A stretch of DNA of 64,000 bases from Amphiscolops sp. MND2022 (Eukaryota): the NCBI GenBank assembly GCA_964187785.1, contig OZ076409.1:43588001-43652000 (forward strand). The letters run 5' to 3'. Position numbers and translations under genes: made by a program. Positions 12,302 through 26,945 of the stretch are shown here, piece after piece. How positions within the stretch are numbered: position 1 is the first letter of the stretch; each line of letters starts with the position of its first letter. The notes below the pieces were generated by a model. The model was not told where the DNA came from, did no database searches, and worked only from the letters and a program-made list of their open reading frames with translations.

Positions 12302-13458
12302 TCCATGGGGGTATAATAGATTTTACTGGGGCGATGACACAAATCGAAGCGTGAAAGTTAAAAACGAGGCGATTTGGGCTGGCATTATAAAATGCGCATA
12401 TGAACACCGCTCAATGTATATGAAAAGAGATCTCAAATGATTTGGGTGCGTGCTAGTTTTGTAAAAATCGGATTCAATCTAGACAAGGAGTAATTTCTTT
12501 GACTATCGATTTTGACTGTAAATGTATACAAATCGAGACCGAAACGGTAGCAAAAACAAGTGCTAATGCTCTAAAAGTGATACATAAGTGTTAAATTTTG
12601 GGACTGTAGTCTTCAGATGTCCGGGGAGGTCGGCGCACCAATAAATGGTATCGCCGATGCTCAAGTATAATACTCATAGACTCTTGTTTTCTTCAAATCA
12701 GAAATTTCGTTTCTTGATTGTCTGACTTCATTTGGTGTACTTCCGAAAACTTTCTGTGGCACTCATAAAGATGGCAATACTCTAGATATTATACTTTGTA
12801 ACAATGATCTTTGTGCATCCAGCTTTGTAGTTGATAAAAATTTTCTATCGAGCCACCATTTCCCGATCACTTTCCCGATCACTATTCCATGGGGGTATAA
12901 TAGATTTTACTGGGGCGATGAAACAAATCGACTGGTGGAAGGTAAAAATGAGGCGATTTGGACTGGCATTATAAAATGCACATATAAACACCGCTCAATG
13001 TACATGAAAAGAGATCTCAAATGCTTTGGGTGCGTGCGAGTTTTGTAAAAATCGGATTCAATCTAGACAAGGAGTAATTTCTTTGACTATCAATTTTGCC
13101 TGTAAATGTATACGAATCGAGACCGAAACGGTAGCAAAAACAAGTGCTAATGCTCTAAAAGTGATACATAAGTGTTAAATTTTGGGACTGTAGTCTTCAG
13201 ATGTCCGGGGAGGTCAGCGCACCAATAATGGTATCGCCGATGCTCAAGTATAATACTCATAGACTCTTGTTTTCTTCAAATCAGAAATTTCGTTTCTTGA
13301 TTGTCTGACTTCATTTGGTGTACTTCCGAAAACTTTCTGTGGCACTCATAAAGATGGCAATACTCTAGATATTATACTTTGTAACAATGATCTTTGTGCA
13401 TCCAGCTTTGTAGTTGATAAAAATTTTCTATCGAGCCACCATTTCCCGATCACTTTCC
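12302..13458. repeat. Tandem duplication, ~584-bp period, with junction microduplications
   Basis: 12302-12875 is repeated at 12886-13458. TTTCCCGATCACT is doubled at the junction and a ~40-bp piece recurs at 13483-13523. Confidence 0.95.
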
Positions 13459-14110
13459 AGATTTTCCATCGAAAATTCCTCGAATTTTCTATCGAGCCAC
13501 CATTTCCCGATCACTTTCCAGATTCGTTTTTCTGCTTCTTGGGTTGTTTCTGGAGACTGTCTAACTTCACATTATTTCTTCAACAATTTGAGAAATATTG
13601 ACTCTTTCGTGAACTGCTGATAAAACTTCCACTTTGACATCGCTAGACTCGCTATCTGGAATTTCTCAAATGGTTTGATAGCAAATGTAGAAAAGACCAA
13701 ATGTCTCTTACTCACGAGTGATGTTTCAACTCGATCTTGATTGCAAATGGACAAATCATATCAACAAAAAACACAAATCAAGCAAAGCCTTCTTCCTTCT
13801 GAAATCAACTATTCCTTGGTGCACGCCATCCTATTTCAAATACAACTTTCATTTGAATCCGGTCCTATCAATCATCTTTTATCGTTTGCAAATTTGGCGT
13901 GCAAACATGCAGATGCTTAGAAAGTTAGAGAAATTTCAAAAACTTTGTTTCCAGTGGATTTTTGGCTTTAGTTTGTCCTAGTCAGAAATGCTGAACCAAA
14001 ACACAAAGCTTCCTCTGGCAATGCATTTCCAGCTGAGTCTAACTTGCGTATTTATTGATATTATTTCGAATAAGTACATCTTCAGTCTTAGTGAACATGT
14101 CCAGGTTAGA
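12680..14110 (+). mobile_element. Deleted APE-type LINE (endonuclease end, present twice, plus RT C-terminus)
   Basis: THKDGNTLDIILC...SSHHFPI (APE SDH motif) and WTNHINKK...KAFFLLK...QIW...LEKFQKLCFQWI. Confidence 0.8.
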
Positions 14111-14139
14111 CTGAATTGGTATATCTAGTGAGTCTTATA

Positions 14140-15360
14140 TTTCTCTCTCTCTCATGAATCTTTTCCTTTTGCCTCTCAAAGCAATGAGCGCTGTACGAAT
14201 TATGGCAGATCCGCTTTTGAATGAACGTGATCGCTTCGACGTGTGAGGATTTAGTTTTTCACTCAAAAGTTCAGCCAAACTTTGTGAAAATGAGTTGCCG
14301 CTTGACCTGTTGCACTGTTATTGCTAAAAACGACTGGGATGAAACTAGCGTTTGCAATTTCCCGAACACGTTCGTTATACTGGGTTCAAAATGTTACTTT
14401 TTTAATTGTTCCGTTTTGTTTAAGGATTGTTTTCAGGGGTTTATTAACGTGACTGGGACAGTTTGGATGTATTACTTTGACGTCGAAGAAAACTTTCTTG
14501 AGGCATTGCCAGAGAGTCTGGCAGGAGACGTCAAGTCTCGCATTTTCATTTGTATTAGCTGCGTGAGAGGAATATCTCATAAGTTTAAAGGCATCAGAGC
14601 CGGTTCAATCTCAAGGTTTTTGCATACGTTCGATAGCCACTCCGCATCGAGATCACGTATAGCGTTATGCCTTAGGATGACACATCTGCCGAGTTGACGA
14701 GTCAGCGCGTGATCGTTGCTAATGTCCCTTTTGCATTCGCATAAGCGGGGTCTGTCGTTAATAGTCCAGTCGTATCTCAATTGGCTAGCATCTTTGAACT
14801 CTTCTCTGTTGAAGTACTTTCCTTGTTGCATGGATGGCAATGATGTTAGCCATGTTGAGGTTTCTTTTAATTGCAGTAGTTCCCAGTGTCTCTTCGTTTT
14901 CTCATCAGCTTTCCCCGGTACTTCCTTCGTAGAACAGTTTCTAGATGACTGCGGTATGTTTTCATACTTTCAATTTTTTGTCATGATGATGGGCGTGTCC
15001 AAATAATTGGCTCCTTGTATTTTTTAGTTAGAAAATTGGAATTGCGATTTTGCTGCTGGCAATGCAGCGCCGGATTTGAAGTTCCCGTACCCTGCCGGGT
15101 TGGTACGGCAGTAATATCTATCCATGTCAGACATGTCCGTACGTGCTGTAATAATTTAACGATGTTGAGACCTAATTCCTGTAAGGGTTTCATTAGATCG
15201 GGCACGTTTTTGAGTGTTCTCTGGAGATACTTCCATCGGTCCTGGAGATTGTGTGTGTATACTATGTAGCTGAAAAGGGGCTCGGATTGCGCGACTTGTG
15301 AAAGGGATTTGACTTGATTCGTTTGGGTATCAATTTTCCCCGTGCAAATCTTTGGCATGA
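14140..15360 (-). mobile_element. CRE-like REL-endonuclease non-LTR retrotransposon, 3' fragment
   Basis: CECK...HAL...RHNAIRD...EPALMPL, ARLDVS, FFDVKVIHPN, then HEREKYK. Confidence 0.8.
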
Positions 15361-16614
15361 GTTCAGTTCACCAATAGGGGGTCTTGAGTAATTCTGCGCA
15401 GCTTGAGTGATGTTGATTTCGGTGTTTTCGAAATTCCACGCTAATTATGAAGCTTCTGAATCTGCTTCTGGATTCTGTATGGCCAAACTACCAAACGATC
15501 ACCCAAAGTTTTACATGAATTGTTGCACTCGTTGTTGTTCTTCTTGAACGAGTCATCGAAGAATATTCCAAAAGATCTTGTTGCATTCGAAAATTTGGAT
15601 GCGAATTGATCGAATTGTCTAAGGCAATTAGCAGTATTTCGCTGTTGAATTAAAAGTACCCTTGTTTCGACCAGTCTTCTCCTTTTCATCAAGTGTGGTT
15701 ACATTTCATAATTTTCACGTTGAGATCACTATTGCACACGCTATCAAGAAACCTAATTTTTCGAATCTCCAAACCGAGGTGTACAGCAAACGTCCGAGTC
15801 GTCGCAACCCTTGGAGGTAGGTCATAAAGTCTTCATCAATAATATAATTTTAATTCGTTGTAATTTGTTTCGAAGTGAAAATACAGATTTTTCAATATTA
15901 AGGACTTTAGGTTCTTTGAAGTTGATGCCGTCGTTCGATAGAAACGGACAACGAAGTCTGCTTTTCCATGTTCGAATAAAACTTCATCTGATGACCGGAT
16001 TGGCCTTCATGGTACTCTAGGAAAGACGTAATTAAAGGCTCAAAAATAAAATTTCATTGAAACATTTCCGAGAACATCAACAGGGAAAATCTAACTTCGG
16101 TGCAGCAACTTCCCAAAGTTGCTACTGGAAGAGTTTGGATTTACTCTGATGCCTATGTTAATAAATCAACCAGAGTTTTAAAAAAACGCTTCTTCATTCA
16201 TCATGTGCCTTCAGCCCGGGTGACAAAAAATCCACCCAACATAGGAAACATACCAAATTAAGGAACGAGATCATGCAACCAGAGAGTTCAATGGACCCGG
16301 GACAAATCTCAATTTAGAAAATCAATGAGGCTCGTGACATGGTAATAATTACAAAGCAAAGACATATTTCCTGCTGAAACACAACGGACGTTAATCGCAG
16401 ATTTACAAGTAGTAAAGTTCGCTCAAGTGGTCTTCGTCCCGAACCGTTCCAACTACACTGGCCGCATTGACTGCTTGGAATGCGACAGAGAGTCTCGGCC
16501 TGAAAAACGACCCGGCTTTATTTTCGTTGGTGCACTCGCGCAATTTTTCACAGAGGTTTTTCAAGAACGAAGACGTGGAATGTCCGACTTTTTCCGGAAT
16601 TTCAAAGGCTAAGA

Positions 16615-16900
16615 GATGGAAGATGTATCTTTAGTCAGTCCAACAAACGTACTTGAACGTTTTCATCCTCCGCTGCTGTGCCTGGGTTGCCAACAGACCC
16701 GTTCTCTATTCTGCTGGGCGCGAGAAGATTGACACAAGTAACATCCCAAACTAATTGCTTTTTCGTCCTCCCCGGTCGCAAGGGTGATTCCATCTGGGCA
16801 CTTTCCGTCTGTTCGAGTCAAACCATTTGGTTCCACAATTGAGGAAGCTCTCATGGATTTCGGCGCCTGTTTCACGAAAGTAATGAGGTTGTGGTGCCTC
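16615..16900 (-). mobile_element. CRE-like REL endonuclease fragment
   Basis: EPNGLTRTDGKCPDGIT (PD-D/ExK-type motif). Confidence 0.7.
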
Positions 16901-16999
16901 CAGAAACGTCCCGCGCACAGGAAAGACCATGATATACGTTGACTTCGACAAATTTACCACAACGGCAAGAGTGTTTCTCGCAATTTTTAAATGAACGTA

Positions 17000-19900
17000 T
17001 TTCCAGAAAACATTACAAATAAGAACAAACAAAAAGAACGAAGTTTAAATGGTGATAAATTAACGTATACAAAAAAATCAAACAACTAAATAAAACACAG
17101 CACCGGAGGGGATCCTCCAAAGGTTGTCCTAAACCGTGGGCCTTCAAACACAGGGCAGCAGCAAAAGACAACGTCTGCCAGACGTTTGCAATTTATTTTG
17201 CTTTTGTTTTCAAAGAATATGTTTTCGTCTCATTTTCACGCATACATTTTTATTTGCGTCGTAACATCTTCGTTTTTAGTAGATGATTCAGTAATAGAGT
17301 TCCGCGATGTTCAAGTGATTTTCGACTGATTACTGTTTGTACTTCAAGCACATGGAACATATTGAAACAAACACTCCGAGCAAAAGCGGGTAAACTTTTA
17401 TGGACATGCAGGGGTTTGATAATGGGCAGTTGACTTCCTCTATCTGTATGCACGGAGAACTTCAAGAGTTCAAATACATAAAGGTCAAAAACATTCATGA
17501 TTTGGCTTCTTTTGAACCTTCGTCAGAATTATATCTTCGGTTTTTAAAAACCAGAAAACGGAGCGTTTTTTCTGAGTAACTACTGGTGAAATGTCTCAGA
17601 CGGTTGATAACAGATATATGTTTGGCTAATTCATTCAATACTCGTTGGACGTGGAACACTAAAGTTTTTATCAAATAAGACACCGAGATATTTGACGTAT
17701 TCAGGACAAAATCTTTCAGTCTTATTAAATACTAAGTTGTCATCTTTCCAGTTTAAGAAAAGGATCAATCAAGTTTTAGGAATGTTTTGACTAAGTTTAT
17801 TCTTGGCCATCCACTCAGGAATGTGTTCAACTTCATCTTGCAGTGAACATGAATCCTTTTTTTCTCACGTAAAGACAATTAGCGTCATCAGCGAAAAGAA
17901 TCGAAGTTATGTTTTTACATGAGTTCGGGAAATCGTTATCATAAATAATAAAAAACATTAGTCCGAGAATAGATCCTTGAGGAACACCACAGTCAAAAAG
18001 CAATGGGCTTGAGACTTTACCATTTATGGAAACACATTGACTCCGTTCACTTAGATATGCTGTAAACATTCCCATACAGACCCGTGTGACACCATATGCT
18101 TCAAGTATGTACAAGAGATACTCATGGTTTATTGTAACAAAAGCCTTTTGTGAAACAAGCAAAATACAAGAATTAATGAGCTTAGAATCAACTCTAATCA
18201 TTCTGTAATGTCAACAAGAAATTGGATGAGGCTGAGTTTTGATCTGATTCCCAACGGTCTTGAGTAAAAGATAATTTTTATCCAAACAGTTATATAATCG
18301 ATCATGTACAACATGTTCAAATGTTTTGCTTAAAACTGACAAAACAGATATAGGTCTGCAATGGTCACGTTAAAACTTCTTGGCGGATCTGTATATCGGT
18401 GCCACTCTCGCAGCTTACAAAATCTGATAAATTGTTCCACTTTTTAGCGATTCATTACCAAGATAGGTTAAATTTCCGACTAATATATTTGAACTCATTT
18501 TTAGTATTTCTGCAATCAACCCATCTAGGCCAGGTGATTTAGGGTTCTTCAGAATTTAATAATTCCCAAAACGTTCGCCCAATCAGCTGGATAGAAAAAT
18601 AGTGATTTTTCCTTCCTTCAAAACCTTCAGTCGTGAATGGGTCGTTTTCATTCGAAGCAGCTAAGGTCCTACGCACTAAAACAAACTTTCATTGAATGAT
18701 TTGGCCATATCAAAGCCATCAGTAATCACTTCATTCTTATCGTACCTAATAACAAAATTGGGATTTTTTTTTGTATTACCGGTGACTTTGTTAACATTGA
18801 ACATCAATTACTTGAAACCTTTATGAATTTTGACAAGTCTACTCAGACGTGAATCGTAGTCTTCGCATTTGCATTTTCAAAGCTGTCAGTGCACATTACT
18901 TCTGTCGCTTGAATAGCCTTGTTTGTTATGATGGGTTTTACAGCGCTTGTATTGGTGGAATGTGTAATTCCTGCGAATTAGAATTTTTCAATTTACTCTG
19001 TGAACCAAGGTCTCACGGTATCTAGAGTTTTCGATAGTTTTTCTACATTGAAAGCATTTACTGCTTCCGATATTCGGCAAAAGATTCGGCAGATGTGTTG
19101 ATGTCTTTCCCTAAATCTACAAGTCCCGGGCAAGGATTTAGGTATATAAAATAGAAATATTTGGCGTTACCGTCTCGGAGAAAGGGTCAACTTTCGAAAC
19201 ATGTTGAGAACGAATGGATTTCTTTACTTTCATTTCAACCTAAGTTGCAAAATGTTCTGTTATATACGTCTTGATAACTCCAAAATTCAGAGGGCTTCGC
19301 TAGTCTTTGTGGAATCATTGATCAATTAGGATGCTGAGTCGTGCGTCACACTGATTGGTTCTTCGATTCCGCGACCGCAACCATGACTTTTCAACAAGTT
19401 GAGATACCTCTTCGCTGCAAGACTGAATTCCTAGAGGTCAATAATATCGCCTAAAACTTAAGAGTTCTAAATTTTACTAAGTTACTAAGGGACTCAAGAA
19501 GTAACTCAAACTGATCCGAAATATCCTGTTTGTTTACGGAAGGTGAATTGTATAAACATACAACGATAAATTTTTCCTTGTTCTATTTGGTACAATTTAC
19601 TCCATTGAAGTTCAAATTTGGAATAGAATATGTTTGTATGCTAAACTCCAACGGTTCGACTACATCGATTCGTTAACATATATTGTGACCCCTTCTTTTC
19701 TAGTTGAACCAGGTTCCAGTTCAATTAGCGCTTAGGAGGTTATTGAGTATGCACTTTTGGCTGAAGATTCAGTCATGCATTTCTAGTTATTCAAAATGAT
19801 TGTCGATAGACCATATGTTCGAAGTGAATATCCTTTTGTACTTTTAGGTTCTCCAATTTTTTACGTTTCATGGGGTGAACCAGAGGGCCCCTTAACAAAA

Positions 19901-20620
19901 ACACAAATAACTTTTGCAAATGAAGTAAACAAAATCCGGGTTCCAATCGTACAAATTAAAGACATAACAAAGTACAATTTGGGATTAATTTGCTTGACAG
20001 ACCACAATTTTTATAATATTCATATTGACAAAAGTTACATCCTGACGTGACAAAGCCTTAGCCAGCCTTGCTCTCAATTAAGTAAGGTCGTCATTAACGT
20101 AGATTCGCTTTTTACATTCTTTGACTTTTTTGCCTCTGCACACACTTTGAATAATTGAATGCATTTGGCGAGGGTTCACAGTTTTGTTATCTACTCTGTG
20201 ACAGATGCTGATGTCCGTTCTGGATACTTGACTTCCTGCTTGTTTGCCAACTTGATCACCGTTTGATAGACATTCTCATTTTCTTCCTCCTGTACCCCAA
20301 GTGTTCGTACATTGACCAATCTTCCATACTGTTGGTTGGAACCTGCATTACATAAACTACTCTCCATTGAACTGAGGCTGTTTTGATTGCAACTCGGCAA
20401 GCTCAGATGCTGTACAAAAGCACACAAAATGGTACGATTGATGAAACCCTTGCGAATCTTTTTCGGAAGCCATGTAGGAACCCATGAGATGCATCCATTG
20501 CCAGTTTGCCCTTTGCACGTACACTTAATCAAATGGGCGGACCCTTCTTCATCATTGGTGGTTGAACCAGTGCTGGTATTATGCATTGCTCTGGAACTAT
20601 TCAATAGGTTTATCACGACA
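17000..20620 (-). mobile_element. Near full-length degenerate CR1/L2-like LINE (ORF1, APE, RT)
   Basis: ORF1 has a Cys-rich PHD-like part and QQYGRLVNVRTLGVQEEENEN...NDDLT. APE remnants lie at ~19200-19790. RT has YRPISVL, GVPQGSILG and LFADD. Confidence 0.85.
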
Positions 20621-21329
20621 ATTAGGATACTACTACTTTCGACTACCGCAGCAATTGATCCACTTCAAGCAACTAATGGTGGGCAGTTTCCAGGTTTCTT
20701 GAACACTCAACATTGGCGGAATAGCACAAGCTTTCACGAAAGAAACTAGTGGGACCATTTACTTATACGGTTACAAGACACTTGGCTTAATACCTTTCGG
20801 CTTCGTCTTTTTTTTCGAGTCATTTAGCTCTTGAACTTTAGGCCGAATGACTTTAGAAATAACATTTCTTTGGGTTTAAGAAGTAGTATAGAGTGTCCTT
20901 GGCAAGATGTTCCTGTTGGTCACTGCGTAGTGAGGTGGTGACAGTGTTTCCTTGTGTTCGGATGCTTCAGCTGATTCTTCGTCGACAGAAACCTTCTAGA
21001 ACCTGACTAGGGAATGAAAGGTACCTAAAAACAGCACGTTGGAATAGATTGTCAGCCCTGGACTTGCAACTCATTCCTCTTATTCTTTTTGTTCTCCCTA
21101 CAACTCTGCTAGATTTACTATGATTATTAACGGAGTTCCTGACTTATATGATAAGTAGTGAAAACCAACTGAACACGATACCATTTCGTAAAACAAAACC
21201 TTCAAACAAATCACATCTGCGAAACGACTTGGCAAGAAGTACAACTTCGGAGTACTTCAACAAGTCTTTAATATCCTTCCCCAACAGCTCTAGTTCAGTT
21301 AAGATGGCATTTCGCCGGAAGATTGGAAA

Positions 21330-21748
21330 CAATTGACTGGCGAGGCGAACGGGCTACCTTGTCTGAATTTTCTCAAAGACCTAACCAAACTTGTGAAGGT
21401 AATTCTTGAGGGAAAAGTACGTTACGAACATCGACCGTATGTCATTGGGTCGAATTTAATTGCGCTAAAAAACCCGATGAAGGACTGCGTACGATCGCTC
21501 TAGGCCATACTTTCCAGTTGTCCGCAAAATGTGCCTGATGTGATGTCTTCGAATCACCTCAAGCGAAAAGCGGAAATGGACAAGTGGGTGTAGGCACCGA
21601 AAGGGGCGCTGACTTGGCCTCACATGCTTGCCGTTCCTGATGAAGAACCTGCAGAACAAAGAAAACCTAATGCTAAAAATTGACTTTGAAAACGCTATCA
21701 ACTCGACAAATCAACAGTTCATGCTCGAAAAAGCTTTCGAAATACACC
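21330..21748 (+). mobile_element. CRE-like LINE RT fragment, cut by the LTR element at 21749
   Basis: GSNLIALK, Q.GVG and LMLKIDFENAINS motifs. Confidence 0.75.
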
Positions 21749-22595
21749 TGTTGGCTCCAGTCATCAGCAGGCAAAAATTTCAATTTGGAACGTGGTGGTT
21801 GAGAAACAAGACTTAAACTCCTAAAAACTTAGAAGAAATTTTGAAGAAACATCAAGCATCACAATTGGGGAAAACACCCCAAATGGGTTTTCTAGAAGAC
21901 TTCTAGTCATAGAGCCGTGAAATTTGGCACACAATTTGGTAACTGATACGGACACACCGGACAAGTTTCAAGGTCATCTCTCTACTATAACCAACTTTAC
22001 CCCTCACATGTGCGATGTTCAAGGTCATTGAGCCAAAAAGTTAACTTGGTTATTTACCCATATGACCATGTTAGAATGTAACTCTGTTGAAATTGATGAT
22101 ATTTACATAGTTTAAACATGCTTTTGAGCCTACCTTACCAACATGCCATATCCACCACATACTTTGTTTACATAGCCAAAACCTTTAATTTTTTACTTAA
22201 ATGTCATTAATTTATACTTCATATTTTGACCTGTATTTATCGAATAATAGTGAACGATATGCATACCATAATTAATAGGACACAAATTGATTGGAAAGCT
22301 GTATTCAAGTTGAGTCTCAGTACCATTTCGATTCTCAATTCAATTCTTCACCTCTTTTCAACGTTTCGCCAAAGAATTAGGACGACTAAGTAAGTTACTC
22401 TCAACTTGTCGAGAGCTGGACCCTTTAAGAGACAAGGAAGAAGTGCAATTCGTGATCATTTGATACTACTTAGTCAAGATATAGTCCTTTCTAATCTAAG
22501 AAGCAAGCAGTGTTCGGTAACGATCCGCAGTGTCGAGCACCGAATTCAGGGCGGCGTTAAGTTTGGTCAAGTTAAGGGATCAAGCAGCTGTTACA
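21749..22595 (+). repeat. 5' LTR (847 bp)
   Basis: TGTTGG...GTTACA; direct repeat of 26946-27792. Confidence 0.95.
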
Positions 22596-25500
22596 TTTGG
22601 TCCGCCGACCCGGACATCATCAGTTTGAGGCGTACATCACAGTGGCAGTGGACATCATTCTGGATGGACACTGCAAGACGAACGCTGTCTCCTTCGTGTT
22701 TGGATTACATTCGTGGTGGAAGACACGTGAGCAGTTAGAGTCATCAAAGGGGTGACACAACATCTATCTGTTCAAGTGGCAGGAAGCTCGACGAAAGCTT
22801 CCGTGCTGGTTTCTGTGGCAAACCAGAGGGCTAGAAAGACAAGCCTAATTGTAGGGAAATCCTAAACCTAAAAGTGGCGACGGGTAATCCTGTTTGCACA
22901 GCAATCGAAAAGTATTGCAAGAGTCGTCGCATCTGAACGGAATCGCGACTGGTAGCTGAGGCGGCTATTCACGAACAACAAGAACTGTGGAGACGGGGTC
23001 TACAGGTGGTGATTGGAACTCTGGGAAAGTGTACACTGGGGCTTTGGCATTGGACTATTGGGCGATTTGGAACTGGATTGGTTGTGTACTTTGAGAGTTG
23101 GGCTTTAGCGGAACTCTGGAGGCAATTGTGCTCAAATTCCAGTTTGGGACGAATTGTGTCCTTGGGAAACCTATTCCAAATTGAAATGAAAGGTATGAAA
23201 CACGACGTCGCTGCAAGTATATCCACCAAATAAAGCAAAGGGATCCAGTCATTGGGACGAGATCCACCGAAACAATCAAGTTCGTCAAAGAAGGCGAGCA
23301 TAATCGACATTTTTGGGTTGATTCTTCGTTATTTTTCAATTGAGTTCTGGGTTGAGCAATTGACACCTCGGATCTAACAAATTGCTGAACTTGGTAAAAG
23401 TGACAAAGTCGAAAAGAAGCAATTTTGTTGTCAGAAAGCCCTCAGTGAAGCAAGAAACTGAGCTAAATAGAACAATCTGAACAAATGAAAGCCAGAATGA
23501 AAGAATGCTCGAGGTGCAGCATCAACGAATGACAAACTTATTTGATCAAAGAAACACAAGGCAAAGCCACATATTGATGGAACTCAGATCAATAGATCTG
23601 GAAAATGATTTCGACTGGTATGTGTGGCGCTTTTATATGGATGCTGTGGTCACGGACTCTGATACGGACTCTATATTGATACGGACTCTGATCAAAGAAT
23701 TGCACTACAAGCTTGAGGAACAAAGCGCTACCCTTTGCAAAGGCAAATTGAATGATCGGGTATTCGAATATCGCGAAAACGAACAAGTATTACTGCATAA
23801 CGTAGATCTCATGTTGGACCTCACGAAAGAAGACAGCTAAGTCAAAGTGTGACTGAATGGGAAGAGTTCTTTGCAGAATTAGAAGCCAGATGGTGATATT
23901 GGTTCCCTGATGTAAAGACAATGTTGAAGGGTGCAGAAGAGAAGATAAACAAAACGAAACTTCTCCAAATGGCAAGTGGAGCCTCTACAAGCGCGGCTTT
24001 GAGGTGCCCTCATACAAGGAAGCTCAGGCAAAGTAGCTTCAATCCAACAAACCCAATTGTTCAGTGGAAGCAACTAGTGGAAACAAATCACTGGCTCAGT
24101 AAAGCAGGGTAGTTGGTGAAAGACGACGGGTTGTTGGAGTATCCAACCCTTCTGATGCGATTAACTCAATCCGTGATGTGGAAGTGTTACCCAAACAAAG
24201 CAACAACGGGTCAGTCAAAGCCACCTCGAAGCAAAACAGAACAAAAGTTAGTTCTAACTCATCAAACGCAAAACAAATACGTCTTTTAGAAGTGGAAGCA
24301 ATAAAAAAACAAGATGAAATTGATGAAGAGCTAGCTGCAGCAAGACACAAAGCTGAAATTCGAAGGAATAAAAATGAAAATAACACCCTCACAGAAGAAC
24401 TCAAAATTGCTAAACTTGGGAAAGTCGTGAAGACCAAACACGTCTTCAACCGCGAGAAGGAATTAGCGCGAAATGGAATTCAGCTGAGACCGACTGTATC
24501 ACAGACAGTGACAAAGCAATTGCAATCAAGCAAGGAACCGCAGAAATGTTATCGGACCTTCAAGGCATCCTCAACCTCAACAAAGCCTCCTACAGGAACT
24601 GAACCTCGTGGGCAAAAAGCTTACTCTCAGAAGGACATAAGTGGAATGACGAGCAAAGCGTCACGCCTGAGAAGCAACAAAGGACTCTGTTTTGGGCACA
24701 TTGATTCAAAGAGTATTGTTGGATAACATTGGCGCTCGAACCATGAAAGCGTTGAAAGTAGTTCAATGATGAGTACTGTGAAGCAAACTCAAACAAGGCG
24801 CAGACTTCGCGCAAAAAAATTAAAGCGATCGCAAGGAATCGCTGAAAAGAAAAGACGAATTTATGTTCGAGCGAGAACAAACGGCTTTGCAAAAAACTCC
24901 TAACCAGAAATTAAAAGGAAAGTGTACAATGAAAAAATGGAAACCTGAGCAGATGAAGTGTTTAAACGTGTGTCAAAACTATGGAAAAATGCGAGTCAAA
25001 TTTATCGATTGTGAGTCATTTGAGGACTCAAATTTGTCAAATGAGGAAAGCGAGGCAAAGAAAGGAACATCGAAGTTTTTCACAGCAGAATGGATGTGGA
25101 ACTGGCCAGAAACTTTCGCTGTAGACGATGGATGGCAAGACTTCCGTTCCGAAACCCTCCTCGTGGATATAATAAACACTTTGGAAGATGAGATTCACTT
25201 GGTCATGAGTGATCACTTGATAGAGCAAACAGAGGAGAACTTGGAGTACACAATGACTGAAACAATGAAAGAGCATCAATGCTTAGCATTCGCATCGAAA
25301 AATGAAACTTCGGAAGACCCGAGTGTACAATTTGAACTGCTGCAAGAGCGTGCAGAAGTCACCACTGGACTACAGAAGGTACAGCAAAGGAAACTATTCC
25401 AAATGACGATGTTCTATGTCGTTACTCTACTCCTTGAAGAAGAAAACAAATGACTTGACTTGAACAAAAGTTATGGGTTTGAGAATGAGCAGCAATATAC

Positions 25501-26945
25501 AATGCCAGAATATTTGAATGGAACAGCCATGTATCAAAGGTTATGCGTTGGTGTAATGAAACATGACAAACCAGTGAATGACGATACCAAAAGCGAAGCA
25601 CAAGCCATGAAAGCTCATTTTGGAAGAAAGCTGATGTTGAGTTCAATGTAAGCCTTGTTAATGACACTATCCCGATTCATAGTATTTTATGGAACCATTG
25701 GACTGGCAATGGAAACTCTGGGAATGATGCAGTGGCACAAGCTAACTGCATTGATGAAACGCAATTGAGCAACGGCTATCGCAATCAACCGAAGAAAAGA
25801 ACTTGGAAGATTGAACCCATCTCAAACCTGCTACATGAAATGGATGAAAGATCTCAGTTGAGCGTGATTGCAATACGAGACAACAGATTTGGTCTACATG
25901 ATTCAGAGACAACTTGTTGATGGCAATGACGAAAATGTGTTCTTTGAAAAAACCAACAACAGCAAGTTGGAGTAACGGGTCTTGCAATGGGACGGCTATA
26001 CTTTTAAGAAAATGTGGACTCTGTGTGAGTCGCTTGGTAAATTGGAAGTTTCAGATGATCATTTGGAGCTTGAGAGAAACCCAGATTATGAAATGTTCGA
26101 ATTTTGTGATGAGAGAAGCACGGTAGCTTTCTTCAAACAGAAGCGAAAGCCAAACTCCACAGAATGGCCCTTGCTGGGTGAAAACACGAGTGAAGCTACA
26201 AACAACAACTTGTGAGAAAGGAAAAAGCAAATGGAGCGCAGCGATTGAGTTTAAAACACCAATATTTCCTATTGGATGCATAGAGAACATTTAAAACAAA
26301 GGAAAAAATCTTCAGTCGTTGTAGTGTGGAATATTCTCTTTATCTACTGATGGTGCTGATAGATGATTCAACGATTATTCACAAACGCCAACTTAAATGC
26401 CTGATTATGGAAAAATTAGAGAACGTAATCTTTTTGACATGTCTCCCCATGGTCAGTCAACTTTGGTGACGAAAATTGTAGCAGAGCAAATCTTGGAAAA
26501 GTGGTTGGAGATATTTTCGATAATCCTGGAAATCTACTCTTTGAATTTTGAAGCAATTATGGAAGCTGAGTTAAAGGAACTGAAGCATTTTTGTACCATG
26601 CCTTTTAAAGATTGAAAAGAAATTCACTTGATCGAGTACAATGGTTGTCGGATTTTGATGAAGAAGTTTGGAATAATTGGGAAAACTATGACTTCAAATG
26701 ATAAAACAGTTTTTCGGAAACATTTAGTTAGTTATGTGAGTATGTGGAAAACAACTTATTGTCAGCGAATATGGGCTAGAAAAGTATTGCAGCAGAGGAA
26801 GAACACCGCAAACAACTCAAGTTTGACTATGAGACTGGAGTTCTCATAAAGACAACGACGATTGGTGACAAACTCAAAAGACCAGTAATAAAACTGGCAC
26901 CCTCTTGTTTGAAAACGTTTTTTGGCAGAAAAACAGGGCCAGCGA

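Noticed and set aside
6119..15451. Shared 17-mer TCCACGCTAATTATGAA at 6119 and 15435
   Set aside because: Same orientation and no extension of similarity. Possibly a repeat terminus, but no element can be defined.
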